Positions 41,757-50,800 of a stretch of 55,734 nucleotides of DNA are shown one piece after another. Position 1 is the first letter of the stretch; the number at the start of each line of letters is the position of its first letter. The notes below the pieces were generated by a model. The model did not search any database, was not told where the DNA came from, and saw nothing but the letters and a program-made list of their open reading frames with translations. This DNA is from a virus, in IMG/VR virus record IMGVR_UViG_3300033552_000009, positions 1-55,734 of that record; one strand, given 5' to 3'. The position numbers were made by a program, and so were the translations under genes.

Positions 41757-42725
41757 ATGCCTAAAGCAAAAGACCTTACCCGCTACGATGCCGGTGATCT
41801 TCGCGTAATCGAAGCCACGGGCCGCCACGATGCAGGCGAAGCAATTTATTTTGCCCGCCAACTGGAATACATTCGGCCAAAAGCATATCAAACTACTCGT
41901 TTGCCGCTGTCGGCTGTCCGTTTGATTCCAATTTCAACGGACATTCCCGAAGGCGCGAAAACGCATACTTACCGCATGTATGATACGGTTGGTATGGCGA
42001 AGATTATCAGCAACTATGCCGATGATCTGCCCCGTGTCGGCGTGAGTGGCAAAGAATTTACCGCACCCATTCGCGGTATCGGTATCAGCTACGGCTATTC
42101 TATTCAGGACATTCGTGCTGCCGCAATGGCTGGCGCAAATCTGGATACTTCGCTGCAAGCTGCCGCCAAACGTGGTCATGATGAAACGATCAACAAACTG
42201 GCATGGGCTGGCGATACGATTTCGGGTTTGCCCGGTCTGCTGTCGAATGCAAACATTCCGCTGGTTGTGGTGCCGTCTGACGGTGCAGGCGCTGCGAAAA
42301 CGTTTGTTTCAAAGACCCCTTCGCAAGTTCTGCGTGACCTTACTTCACTGGTGAATTCGATTCTGATTTCAACCAATGGCGTACATCGTGCCACTCAGGT
42401 TTGGATGCCGGTTGCCCAATTCGCGCAATTGAAAACGCCGCGTAGCGACACTTCCGATACCACGATTTTGTCGATGTTTTTGGCAAACAATCCCGGCGTG
42501 ACTGTCGAACCGGTTCTGGAAATGAAGGGCGCTGGCGCTGGTGGCACTGACCGAATGATGGCATTGGAAAATGACCGCGACAACTTCCGCATGGAAGTAC
42601 CGATGGCATTTTTGCAGCATTCGCCGCAACTGCACAATCTGGAATATACGATTCCTTGCGAATCGCGTTTCGGTGGCGTGGTTGTTGTTTTCCCGCTGGC
42701 TTTCGCAGTGGCTGACGGTATCTAA
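41757..42725 (+). CDS. major capsid protein (DUF2184 / HK97-fold, encapsulin-like)
   Basis: EAIYFARQLEYIRPKAY...PEGAKTHTYRMYDTVGMAKIISNYADDLPRVGV matches the DUF2184 pattern. 322 aa. Confidence 0.75.
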   Translation: MPKAKDLTRYDAGDLRVIEATGRHDAGEAIYFARQLEYIRPKAYQTTRLPLSAVRLIPISTDIPEGAKTHTYRMYDTVGMAKIISNYADDLPRVGVSGKEFTAPIRGIGISYGYSIQDIRAAAMAGANLDTSLQAAAKRGHDETINKLAWAGDTISGLPGLLSNANIPLVVVPSDGAGAAKTFVSKTPSQVLRDLTSLVNSILISTNGVHRATQVWMPVAQFAQLKTPRSDTSDTTILSMFLANNPGVTVEPVLEMKGAGAGGTDRMMALENDRDNFRMEVPMAFLQHSPQLHNLEYTIPCESRFGGVVVVFPLAFAVADGI

Positions 42726-42751
42726 TACCGCATTTAATAAGGTGAATTGAA

Positions 42752-43024
42752 ATGGCAACCTCAAAGACTTTGAAAGTCAAAAACACGATGGCGCGGCTTG
42801 TTACCATTGATGGTATCGGCCTGATTCCCGGTCAGATTACCGAAATTCCAAATTCGGAAATCAATGCCCGCGATGTGAAAATGGATGGTCTGGAAGTTGT
42901 CAGCGGTGCCGAAGCCGTTGAGGCTGAAGATACCGTTGAAACCGGTGACGTTCTGCATCCTGAGAACAACGCCGAAACCGCTGCTAAGACCGGTTGGAAA
43001 ACCCCTAAAGCGCCCGCCAAGTAA
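42752..43024 (+). CDS. hypothetical acidic head-module protein
   Basis: 90-aa ORF followed by a strong terminator. Confidence 0.55.
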   Translation: MATSKTLKVKNTMARLVTIDGIGLIPGQITEIPNSEINARDVKMDGLEVVSGAEAVEAEDTVETGDVLHPENNAETAAKTGWKTPKAPAK

Positions 43025-43045
43025 ACCCGGCGTAACGTCAAAAAC

Positions 43046-43083
43046 AATCGCCGTGGTTATTAATTAATCATGGCGATTTTTTA
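43046..43083 (+). terminator. rho-independent terminator after the capsid operon
   Basis: About 14-bp stem aatcgccgtggtta/taattaatcatggcgatt (with G-U pairs), followed by tttttt. Confidence 0.7.
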
Positions 43084-43095
43084 TTGCAGGATGAT

Positions 43096-43452
43096 ATGAC
43101 CGCTTTAGAATATTTCAGACAATTTGCACCTGACTTCAATACGTTGAACGATGATGTTGTAGGCGCGTGGCTTGCGACTGCCCTTGTTTTTGTTCCTGCC
43201 CCTACAAACGAAAAATCAACAATGATGCAGGCGCTATACGCCGCGCATTTGTGCTGGTTGCGTAAATACAGTGCGGGTATGCAACGCGGAACGGTTGCCA
43301 ATGAAAAAGACGGCGACATATCGAAGTCATATAACGCATTGCGAAACAGTGATACGTTTTTGGGGCAATCGAGCTACGGGATGCAATACCTTGAACTTAA
43401 AGGCGGTGCCGCCCGTGTACCTTCAATCATTACTCGATTTGGCGCACCATGA
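43096..43452 (+). CDS. head-tail connector protein (DUF4054-like)
   Basis: ATG 43096; the ORF-track TTG at 43084 lies in the terminator. F.QFAPDF......V..WL..A...........ALYAAHL....... follows the family pattern. Confidence 0.55.
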   Translation: MTALEYFRQFAPDFNTLNDDVVGAWLATALVFVPAPTNEKSTMMQALYAAHLCWLRKYSAGMQRGTVANEKDGDISKSYNALRNSDTFLGQSSYGMQYLELKGGAARVPSIITRFGAP

Positions 43453-43955
43453 CAATCATTGCCGAAACCGGTTTAGTCGTAGCTAACGCAAATTCCTACG
43501 TCACATTGGCTGAAGGGCGGGCGCTGGCGGCTGATATGGGCTTTGCCTTGCCAGTGGATGACGTAGCCGCGCAAAACGCGCTGAAGGCCGCTGCCAACTA
43601 CCTTGAAGGGCTGGCGGGGCTGTATCAGGGTCATTCGGCAAACGGTTTTGAACAACCGCTGCAATGGCCGCGCAATTTGGTTTTCATTGAAGGGTACGAA
43701 TTCCCTAGCGATATGATTCCAAAAGCGTTGAAAAAGGCGCAAGTTTCAGCCGCATTTGAATTAATTGAAAATGGCGCTGATCTTTTTCAAGTAGCCGATT
43801 CAAACGTTAAACGCCGCAAAACCGATGTTCTAGAAACAGAATACTTTGCCAGCAAATCAAGCACATTGATTGCGTTCCCCCGCGTAGCCGCAAACCTTAA
43901 ACCCCTGTTGATTCAGTCAACGAATTACGGGTTAGCTGACCGGGTAAGGGGATAA
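43449..43955 (+). CDS. head-tail adaptor (DnaT-like ssDNA-binding-domain family)
   Basis: ANANSYVTLAEGRA...ALKAAANYLEG...QPLQWPR...IP.ALKKAQ follows the family pattern. ATGA overlap. Confidence 0.5.
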   Translation: MTIIAETGLVVANANSYVTLAEGRALAADMGFALPVDDVAAQNALKAAANYLEGLAGLYQGHSANGFEQPLQWPRNLVFIEGYEFPSDMIPKALKKAQVSAAFELIENGADLFQVADSNVKRRKTDVLETEYFASKSSTLIAFPRVAANLKPLLIQSTNYGLADRVRG

Positions 43956-43956
43956 T

Positions 43957-44334
43957 GTGGGCAGATATACCGAAGATATTAAAGCCGCTAAACAGGCTAT
44001 CCGCATGGATGGTCAAAAAGTTATTTGGCGCAAATTTGCAACGGTGCTTATTGACCCCGCTAAACCGTGGCTAGGTCAAACCGTTACCGAAACTGAATAT
44101 CAGCCGTTTATTGCCTTCGTGCCTCAAAAAATGGCATTGTCTGAAGCCTTGCGAGAAATGCAGGGGTCAGTAACAAAAACGGGTAAAGTATCGGGTCTGA
44201 TGGCTGCTGTTAATTTTGTCCCTGATACCCGTGATATTGTCATTCGGGGCAACGTGACTTATCAAATCAGTTCGATTGACGAATTGAATATTAACGGCGA
44301 ATCTATTTTATTCACCATTGACTTTAAAGGGTAA
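43957..44334 (+). CDS. head-closure / head-tail joining protein (GTG start)
   Basis: AAGGGG lies 6 nt upstream of GTG 43957. 125 aa, with the pattern typical of small beta-barrel neck proteins. Confidence 0.5.
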   Translation: MGRYTEDIKAAKQAIRMDGQKVIWRKFATVLIDPAKPWLGQTVTETEYQPFIAFVPQKMALSEALREMQGSVTKTGKVSGLMAAVNFVPDTRDIVIRGNVTYQISSIDELNINGESILFTIDFKG

Positions 44335-44339
44335 TCCAA

Positions 44340-44615
44340 ATGAAAACCAAAGTAATCTTTTTTATTGTTGACGTAGCGCCTACGCCTGAAGAATCCGAAG
44401 CCGTTTTTAAGCTGATTGATACCGGCGTAAATGTCGAAGTGGTTAGCGTTTCTACGCTGGATTATTCGCGCGATTTCGATACTGCCCACATTCAAAGCGT
44501 TGCCGGTGCCGTGCCTCTGCATATCAAAAAACAGTTTGACGATGCAAACAAGGTTGACGATACCGAAGTATTTGTTCCGGCTGCATCTTTTGGCGATAAA
44601 CGCAAAGGCAAGTAA
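44340..44615 (+). CDS. hypothetical neck/tail module protein
   Basis: 91-aa ORF; the stop overlaps the next ATG. Confidence 0.55.
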   Translation: MKTKVIFFIVDVAPTPEESEAVFKLIDTGVNVEVVSVSTLDYSRDFDTAHIQSVAGAVPLHIKKQFDDANKVDDTEVFVPAASFGDKRKGK

Positions 44616-45073
44616 TGCCAACAACATACCGGCAAGCCGTTGACGATATATTTACTTTGTTCGCTGCAAAGTGGAATGCCGAAACGACTGCAATAGTTGG
44701 TTATATTCCTGTCGTTCAATACCAAAATATTGAAGCGCCGGGAAAAATTCCAACAGATAAATATTGGTGCCGGGTTTCTCAAAAGGGCATAGATGAACAA
44801 CAATCATCTTTGTCCAATAGCGTCATTGCCCCCGGTAATCGAAACTATTCGCCAATCGGTTTAGTATTTGTGCAGTTATTCGCGCCCCGTTCGGCGCATA
44901 ATGCTATGCTTACGCTAAGGGCATTGGCTGAAGTAGCTAGAAGTGCGTACAGGGGAAAGCGAAGCCCCAACGATGTAGTTTTTAATCGAACCCGCATTGT
45001 TGAATTGGACCCTGACGAAACATTTTTTTCAATCAATGTCATTTCAGAATACGAATATGACGAAAACGGTTAA
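44615..45073 (+). CDS. tail terminator protein (DUF4128 / lambda gpU-like)
   Basis: 152 aa, immediately upstream of the major tail protein. Contains Y.QAVDDIFTLF...W...and C-terminal FSINVISEYEYD. Confidence 0.55.
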   Translation: MPTTYRQAVDDIFTLFAAKWNAETTAIVGYIPVVQYQNIEAPGKIPTDKYWCRVSQKGIDEQQSSLSNSVIAPGNRNYSPIGLVFVQLFAPRSAHNAMLTLRALAEVARSAYRGKRSPNDVVFNRTRIVELDPDETFFSINVISEYEYDENG

Positions 45074-45089
45074 CTAGGAGTATTTCAAA

Positions 45090-46634
45090 ATGCCAAACAA
45101 AATTGACAGTAACGCAACTGGCCTTGCCATTGCCGAAGAATTGAGCCTAAAGGTTCTGCCGGGAACTGGCGGGGCAGATGCCGTTTGGTACGATCAAGAG
45201 CCAAACGGCTATCCGTCTTTCGGTGGTGAATTGTCAATGGTGGTCCGGTCCCCCATTAACGCATCACGGCAAGATCAAAAAGGTACTGCTACCGGCAATA
45301 CCGCAAACGGCGGCTTTACTGCTGACTTCACGAAATCGAACATGAAGCGTTTGCTTCAGGGTTTCTTTTTTGCCGATGGCCGGGAACTGGCAAGTACGCA
45401 ACCGTTGAACGGTGCCGCTGTTGTTTTGACTTCAGCCGTTGCCATTGATAAGTCGTATAACGCCGCTGCTGGTTTGGGTGTGTTTGCCGCAAACGATTTG
45501 ATTCTGGTTAGCGGTTTTGTCAATGCGTTGAATAACGGACTGAAAAACGTTGTTACTGTCGCTGCTGGCAAGATTACCGTTGCTGAAACTACGGTTGACG
45601 AAGCAACTGCCCCATCCGGTTCCCGCATTGAAAAAGTCGGCTATAAGCTTGCTGCCGGGGATGCCGGTATTGTTGTTTCGTCTGGTATCCCATCAATCAG
45701 CGTCACGGCTGGCGACTTCACCACGATGCCCGGTATGTTCCCCGGTAATTGGGTGTTCATTGGCGGTGACGTAGCGGCCAACCGGTTTGCTAATAATGTG
45801 GGCTTTGCACGAATCGCCACGGTTGCCGCTAAATCGTTGACGTTTGATGATACGACATTCACCCCCGTTACCGAAGCCGGAACCGGTAAAACAATCAATT
45901 TGTATATGGGTTCCGTTGTACGCAACGAAAAACTGGCAAGCCTTATCAAACGCCGGTCCTATCAACTTGAACGGCGTTTGGGCATGGGTGCAACCGCTAC
46001 TCAGGCCGAATACGTTGTTGGCGCGGTTCCGAATCAGTTCACCCTGAATATCCCGAAAGTGGATAAGCTGACCTGCGATATGTCCTTTGTTGGCTGCGAT
46101 ACCGAATATCGTACCGGTGAAGCTGGCGATACCGTCAAACCCGGCATTCACGTAGTTGGCACGGGCGAATCAGCCTATAACACTTCGTCAGACGTTTACC
46201 GCATCAAAATGTCCATTTTGAATGCTGGTACGTCAACCCCTTCGCCGCTTTTCGGTTATGTGGATGGGGCAAGCATTGCCATTGATAACGGCGTGACCCC
46301 TGATACTGCCGTTGGCGTATTCGGCGCGTTCGATTTGACAACCGGCAACTTTAAAGTAAGTGGTTCAATTACCGCTTTCTTTTCAACGGTATCGGCTGTT
46401 CAAGCTGTTCGGAAAAACTCTGACGTTGGCGTATCGGTAATCAGTGCCGCGAAAAATGCCGGTTTCGTGTTTGATATTCCGCTGGTTGGTTTGGGTGGTG
46501 GTATGGTCAATGTCGAAAAAGACAAGGCTATCCAAATTCCGCTGACCGCTGCCGGTGCCGAAAACAAAAACGGCTACACGATGCTTTCCGTTATTTATTC
46601 TTATCTGCCAACGGTTGCAATGCCCACATTCTAA
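45090..46634 (+). CDS. major tail (tube) protein, unusually large (514 aa)
   Basis: It uses the GGAGTATTTCAAAATG initiation region, lies between the tail terminator and the chaperone genes, and is followed by a terminator. Confidence 0.6.
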   Translation: MPNKIDSNATGLAIAEELSLKVLPGTGGADAVWYDQEPNGYPSFGGELSMVVRSPINASRQDQKGTATGNTANGGFTADFTKSNMKRLLQGFFFADGRELASTQPLNGAAVVLTSAVAIDKSYNAAAGLGVFAANDLILVSGFVNALNNGLKNVVTVAAGKITVAETTVDEATAPSGSRIEKVGYKLAAGDAGIVVSSGIPSISVTAGDFTTMPGMFPGNWVFIGGDVAANRFANNVGFARIATVAAKSLTFDDTTFTPVTEAGTGKTINLYMGSVVRNEKLASLIKRRSYQLERRLGMGATATQAEYVVGAVPNQFTLNIPKVDKLTCDMSFVGCDTEYRTGEAGDTVKPGIHVVGTGESAYNTSSDVYRIKMSILNAGTSTPSPLFGYVDGASIAIDNGVTPDTAVGVFGAFDLTTGNFKVSGSITAFFSTVSAVQAVRKNSDVGVSVISAAKNAGFVFDIPLVGLGGGMVNVEKDKAIQIPLTAAGAENKNGYTMLSVIYSYLPTVAMPTF

Positions 46635-46653
46635 ATAGACCGTGTGCTAAACT

Positions 46654-46687
46654 AAAAGCCCCTGATGGAAACGTTAGGGGCTTTTTC
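46654..46687 (+). terminator. rho-independent terminator after the major tail gene
   Basis: Stem agcccct/aggggct with a 12-nt loop, followed by ttttt. Confidence 0.75.
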
Positions 46688-46707
46688 AATTCACATAGGA
46701 TTTTCAA

Positions 46708-47127
46708 ATGACTATTTATTCCCAATTCCAAACGGACCCGGCTAAAGAAAACGACGGCGTACCAATCGAATATGGCTTGAATGATGATGGCACAGTGCCA
46801 ACGTTTGTTATTTCGCGTACCAATCGCAATAACAAAGTTTACGCCGCTGCCGTTGACCGCGAAACTAAACCTATTCGCCGCATGTTGGACAGTGGCAATC
46901 TGCCGCCCGCGCAAGCCGATAAGGTTTATTTGAAAATCTTTGTGAAATCAATCCTGAAGGGTTGGACAAACGTTTTCGGCAAAGACAATGAACTGCTGCC
47001 GTACAACGAAGAAAACGCAATGGTTCTGATGCAGGATTTGCCTGACCTGTATGACGAATTGCAAGACGCATCCAAGCGCGTTGCTAACTTCCGGCTTGAG
47101 TCGTTGGAAGTTGAAGCAAAAAACTAA
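46708..47127 (+). CDS. tail assembly chaperone (gpG-like, zero-frame product)
   Basis: 139 aa, directly upstream of the tape measure region. It ends with the slippery site plus TAA. Confidence 0.7.
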   Translation: MTIYSQFQTDPAKENDGVPIEYGLNDDGTVPTFVISRTNRNNKVYAAAVDRETKPIRRMLDSGNLPPAQADKVYLKIFVKSILKGWTNVFGKDNELLPYNEENAMVLMQDLPDLYDELQDASKRVANFRLESLEVEAKN

Positions 47128-47456
47128 TTGAGGTTCTGTTTTATGTTATGGATTTGGGCGAATCCGAACAACGAATAATCAAACAGGCGATACGGGCGGG
47201 TAATCCAATTCCAGACCGTATCGCCAATAAACCAGACCTAATGATTGGGTTAGACCTGTACTTAATGGCGTATTTTGATTTAAGTACAGAAAGACCCCCT
47301 TCAATGACAATTAGCCCGATTCCGATAAGCAAGATGAAAGAATACGCGCTTTATTGGAATTTAGAGTTTGAACAAACCGAAGATTTGATTTACCTGATTC
47401 GCAGAATGGATGTATCGAATATCGAGCGAATTATTGAAAGTCAACCGAAAAAGTAA
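46708..47456 (+). CDS. tail assembly chaperone -1 frameshift fusion (gpGT-like; 46708..47124 joined to 47124..47456)
   Basis: The downstream ORF is in the -1 frame, with no stop between the slip site and ATG 47148 and only a distant SD for independent initiation. G/GT synteny is conserved upstream of tape measure genes. Confidence 0.6.
47118..47124 (+). promoter_or_regulatory. -1 programmed ribosomal frameshift slippery heptamer A AAA AAC
   Basis: The zero frame reads gca aaa aac taa. The -1 frame is open from 47124 (cta att gag gtt ctg ttt tat gtt atg...) into ORF 47148..47456. Confidence 0.7.
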
Positions 47457-47467
47457 GGTTATTTAAA

Positions 47468-47899
47468 ATGGCAACTTTGAAAGACTTAACTAGACGCATG
47501 AATGCGGTAAGTAAGAATATCGAAGTTGCCGCTTCAAATAAGGTTAAAGAAGTTGTTGCCGTAATGGTCAACCATTTAGCTTACCATACCCCCGTTGATA
47601 CCTCGCAAGCCCTGTCAAACTGGCAGGCGTCTATTAACTCCCCGAACCTTGCAACCGTGGCTGCCCACGTTCCGGGGATGCTTGGCTATACCATGACAGC
47701 CAGCGCACAAGAAACAGTGGCTAGGGCCGCGAATGTCGTTAAACTCAAGCAACCCGGCCAATCCGTTTATATAAGCAATAATTTAGATTACATTCGTAAA
47801 CTAGAAAACGGCGGGTGGTCTAAGCAACCGGGCGGCATGATGGCTGGCGCGATAATGCTAGGCAGGCGCAAAGCAAAAACAAAACTTGAAGGTATTTAA
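47468..47899 (+). CDS. HK97 gp10-like tail-component protein
   Basis: LAYHTPVDTSQALSNWQ and VYISNNLDYIRKLENGG match the gp10-family P.DTG.L / YA..VE.G pattern. Confidence 0.5.
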   Translation: MATLKDLTRRMNAVSKNIEVAASNKVKEVVAVMVNHLAYHTPVDTSQALSNWQASINSPNLATVAAHVPGMLGYTMTASAQETVARAANVVKLKQPGQSVYISNNLDYIRKLENGGWSKQPGGMMAGAIMLGRRKAKTKLEGI

Positions 47900-50800
47900 T
47901 GTCCGATGAATCCCCAATCATTGTTGAAGTTGTTGATAAGGTTGCCCCCTCAATTAAGGCAAATTTGCGGGAAATTGGCGAAATGGGCGAAAAAGCCTAT
48001 TTGTCAATTGACAAGCTTAAAAATGCTTTAGCCAACGTCAGCAAAGGGAATCCGGTTTCTGAATTGCAGGCGCAATTAAAGAAAATGGAAAGCGCATTGG
48101 CGTTAAGCATTACCGCGCAAGACAAGGCAAATCTTGCCACACTGAAGGCCGAAACGGTCCAACAGAAATTAGCGATTGCCCAAAATAACGCGGCTGCGTC
48201 AGCCCAAAAATTAGCTGCCGAACAAGCCCGAACGGCTAAGGCGTTGACAGATTCGCAAGCCGCGTCTGACCGTGCCGCCGCTGCCGCATTGCGGTTGCAA
48301 AACGCGCAAGACGCTGCTGAAAAGGCCGCTCTGCGTTTGGCGAAAGGCAATCAAGCCAGTAGCAATGCCATGCAGGCAAACGGTATATCAGCGCGGGATA
48401 TGACGAATAGGCTGCGTACCATCCCTATGCAAATGACCGACATTATTGTTTCGCTGCAAGGCGGGCAAGCGCCGTTGACGGTTTTGTTACAGCAAGGTGG
48501 TCAACTTAAAGACGTTTTCGGCGGGATACTTCCCGCATTGAAAGCCGTAGGCGGTTATCTGCTGACATTCGTTAGCCCCCTGACTTTGATTGCTGCTGCT
48601 GTTGCTGGTTTGGCATTTGCCTTTAATGCGGGTCAAACTGAATTGCTTGATTTTCAGAATGCCGCAACCATGACCGGTAATTCTATCGGTTTAACTAATA
48701 GTCAGTTTTCGGAAATGACTAACGCCATTTCGGCCATTGCAGGCACAAAAGGCAAAGCTGCGGATGCCCTTACCGAAATCGCCAAAGCAGGCAATCTTAC
48801 CGGGTCTGAGATTCAGAACATTGCCACAACTGCCGTTCTAATGGAAAAGGCAACCGGGCAAGCATTGTCAAAAACCGTTGAACAGTTTTCGGAACTGGCA
48901 AAGGAACCGGTCAACGCATCCCTGAAATTAAACGAAACCTATCAGTATTTGACCGCATCAACGTATGAACAGATCAAAGCGTTGACCGAACAGGGGAATA
49001 AATTAGCCGCTGCCGAACTGGCTGAAAAAAGCTACGCCGATGCCATGACCGGGCGGGCAAAGCAGGTTGTAGAGAATGTGGGCTATATGGAAAGGGCGTG
49101 GCGTGGTCTGTTAGGCACTGTCAAAGGTGTTTGGGACTACATGAAGAATATTGGCCGGGAATCGTCAACCGGCGACAAGCTGGCTTCGCTGCAAAAACAA
49201 TTGGCCGATGTTGAAGGCGCTACGCCTAAGTATGGCGCAAAGGGTGATGCGGCTAAAGAGAATCAAGCGGGCAAGTTAAAAGATCAAATTAACTTATTGC
49301 AGGAACAAGACCGCCTGTTGAAAAAGGGCAATGAGCGTCAGGTTGAAGCAAACGAAACGCGGGAAAAAACCCTGCAAGCTGCCGTTAGGGTTGACGCTGT
49401 ATTAAAGCAAACCGAAACCAATAAAGAAAAGCGCGACAAGCTGAGTATGCAAACCCGTAAAGATATGGTTTTGCTTGGCAAAAGCGAAGTTGAAATTCAA
49501 AAGGCGCTTTCAAACATTCAGGATAAGTACAAAGACCCCAAAGGTCCGAAAGCTAAAAGCACTACAATCTTTACCGAAAATGAACAGTTGATTGCTTCGA
49601 TTAAGCGAGTTTCCGCAAGTATTCAAGAAGAATACAATCAACAGGATAAGCTTACAAAAGTTGAACAATTTGCAGCTAAAACTAACGCGGATATTTCATC
49701 TAGCAAATTTAAATATTCAAAAGAAACATTGGCGTTGAAAGACGCATTGCTTGAAGAAATGAAAGCTACTGAAGCATTAAATCTTCAGCGGGTAGCTGGT
49801 AATAAGGCGCTAGAAGAAAACGTTAAAAATCGTCAAATTGACATTGATAAAACGATTAAAGATATTGAACAAATCGAAGATCAAATAAATAAACAGATTG
49901 ACCACAATAATTCAATATTGATGACAAAAGAGGCAACCGCCCAATTAAGTGCAGAGCGTGAACGGGAAGGGTTGATTATTCAGGAATTGGCGGCTATCAA
50001 AAAGTATGACCGCGATTTAGATATTGAAAGCTACGATTGGACAATGAAGCGCATTGCGTCATTGCGGCAATTGGCCGATTTGAAGCAACGGGGCGGGATG
50101 CTGGAAACTGCTGCATCCGAAGCCAAAGAAGCAGAAAAAGAATGGTCTAAATTTAACACTTCGCTATATAACGGAATTGTTGACAATTTAGAACGTGCTT
50201 TTAAAAAGGGTTCCGGCTTTTTCAATTCGCTTTGGCAAGGTATTAAAGACGCATTCAGGGGAACTGTACTTAAACTGTTAATTCAGGGTTCGGTTACTAC
50301 GGCTGCTAGCGCAATGGGTATGAGTGGTTTGGCGCAAGCGGGTAGCGCATTTACAAACGGGTCGAACCTGATTTCAGGTATTGGCAACCTTTTTAGCGGT
50401 GGTGGAATCGGTTCTAGTGCTGCTGGCATGTTGGGTTCGGGAATTAGTTCGCTTTTCGGCGCAACGGCTGGAAATGCGGCCATTGGCGGGGCTTTGGGCC
50501 TTGGTAGTGGTTCTGCTACTGCCGCCGCCCTTGCGGCTGCTCAGGCAGGGGGCGCAACGCTTACAGCGGGCGCTACGGCAATGGCGGGTTCAATGGCTAG
50601 CCTTGGCTCTACCCTTGCCGCTGTCGCCGGTCCTATCGGGCTGGCAATCGTTGCCGGTAGTCTGATTTCTGGAATGATGTCGAAAAAAGACGCCCGGTTT
50701 GGGGGAACCTATTCTATGGGTGCAAACGGTGAAGCCGCATATCGTCACGGACCTGTCAAAGGGTTCGGCGGGGATTCTGGCGTAGCTGCAAACATTACAG

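Noticed and set aside
40579-42807. Numerous antisense or alternative-frame ORFs over the scaffold, decoration and capsid genes (e.g. 40667-41116, 41225-41656, 42340-42807).
   Set aside because: They lie opposite well-supported structural genes, have no RBS and show no recognisable motifs. They are typical shadow ORFs of GC-richer coding DNA.
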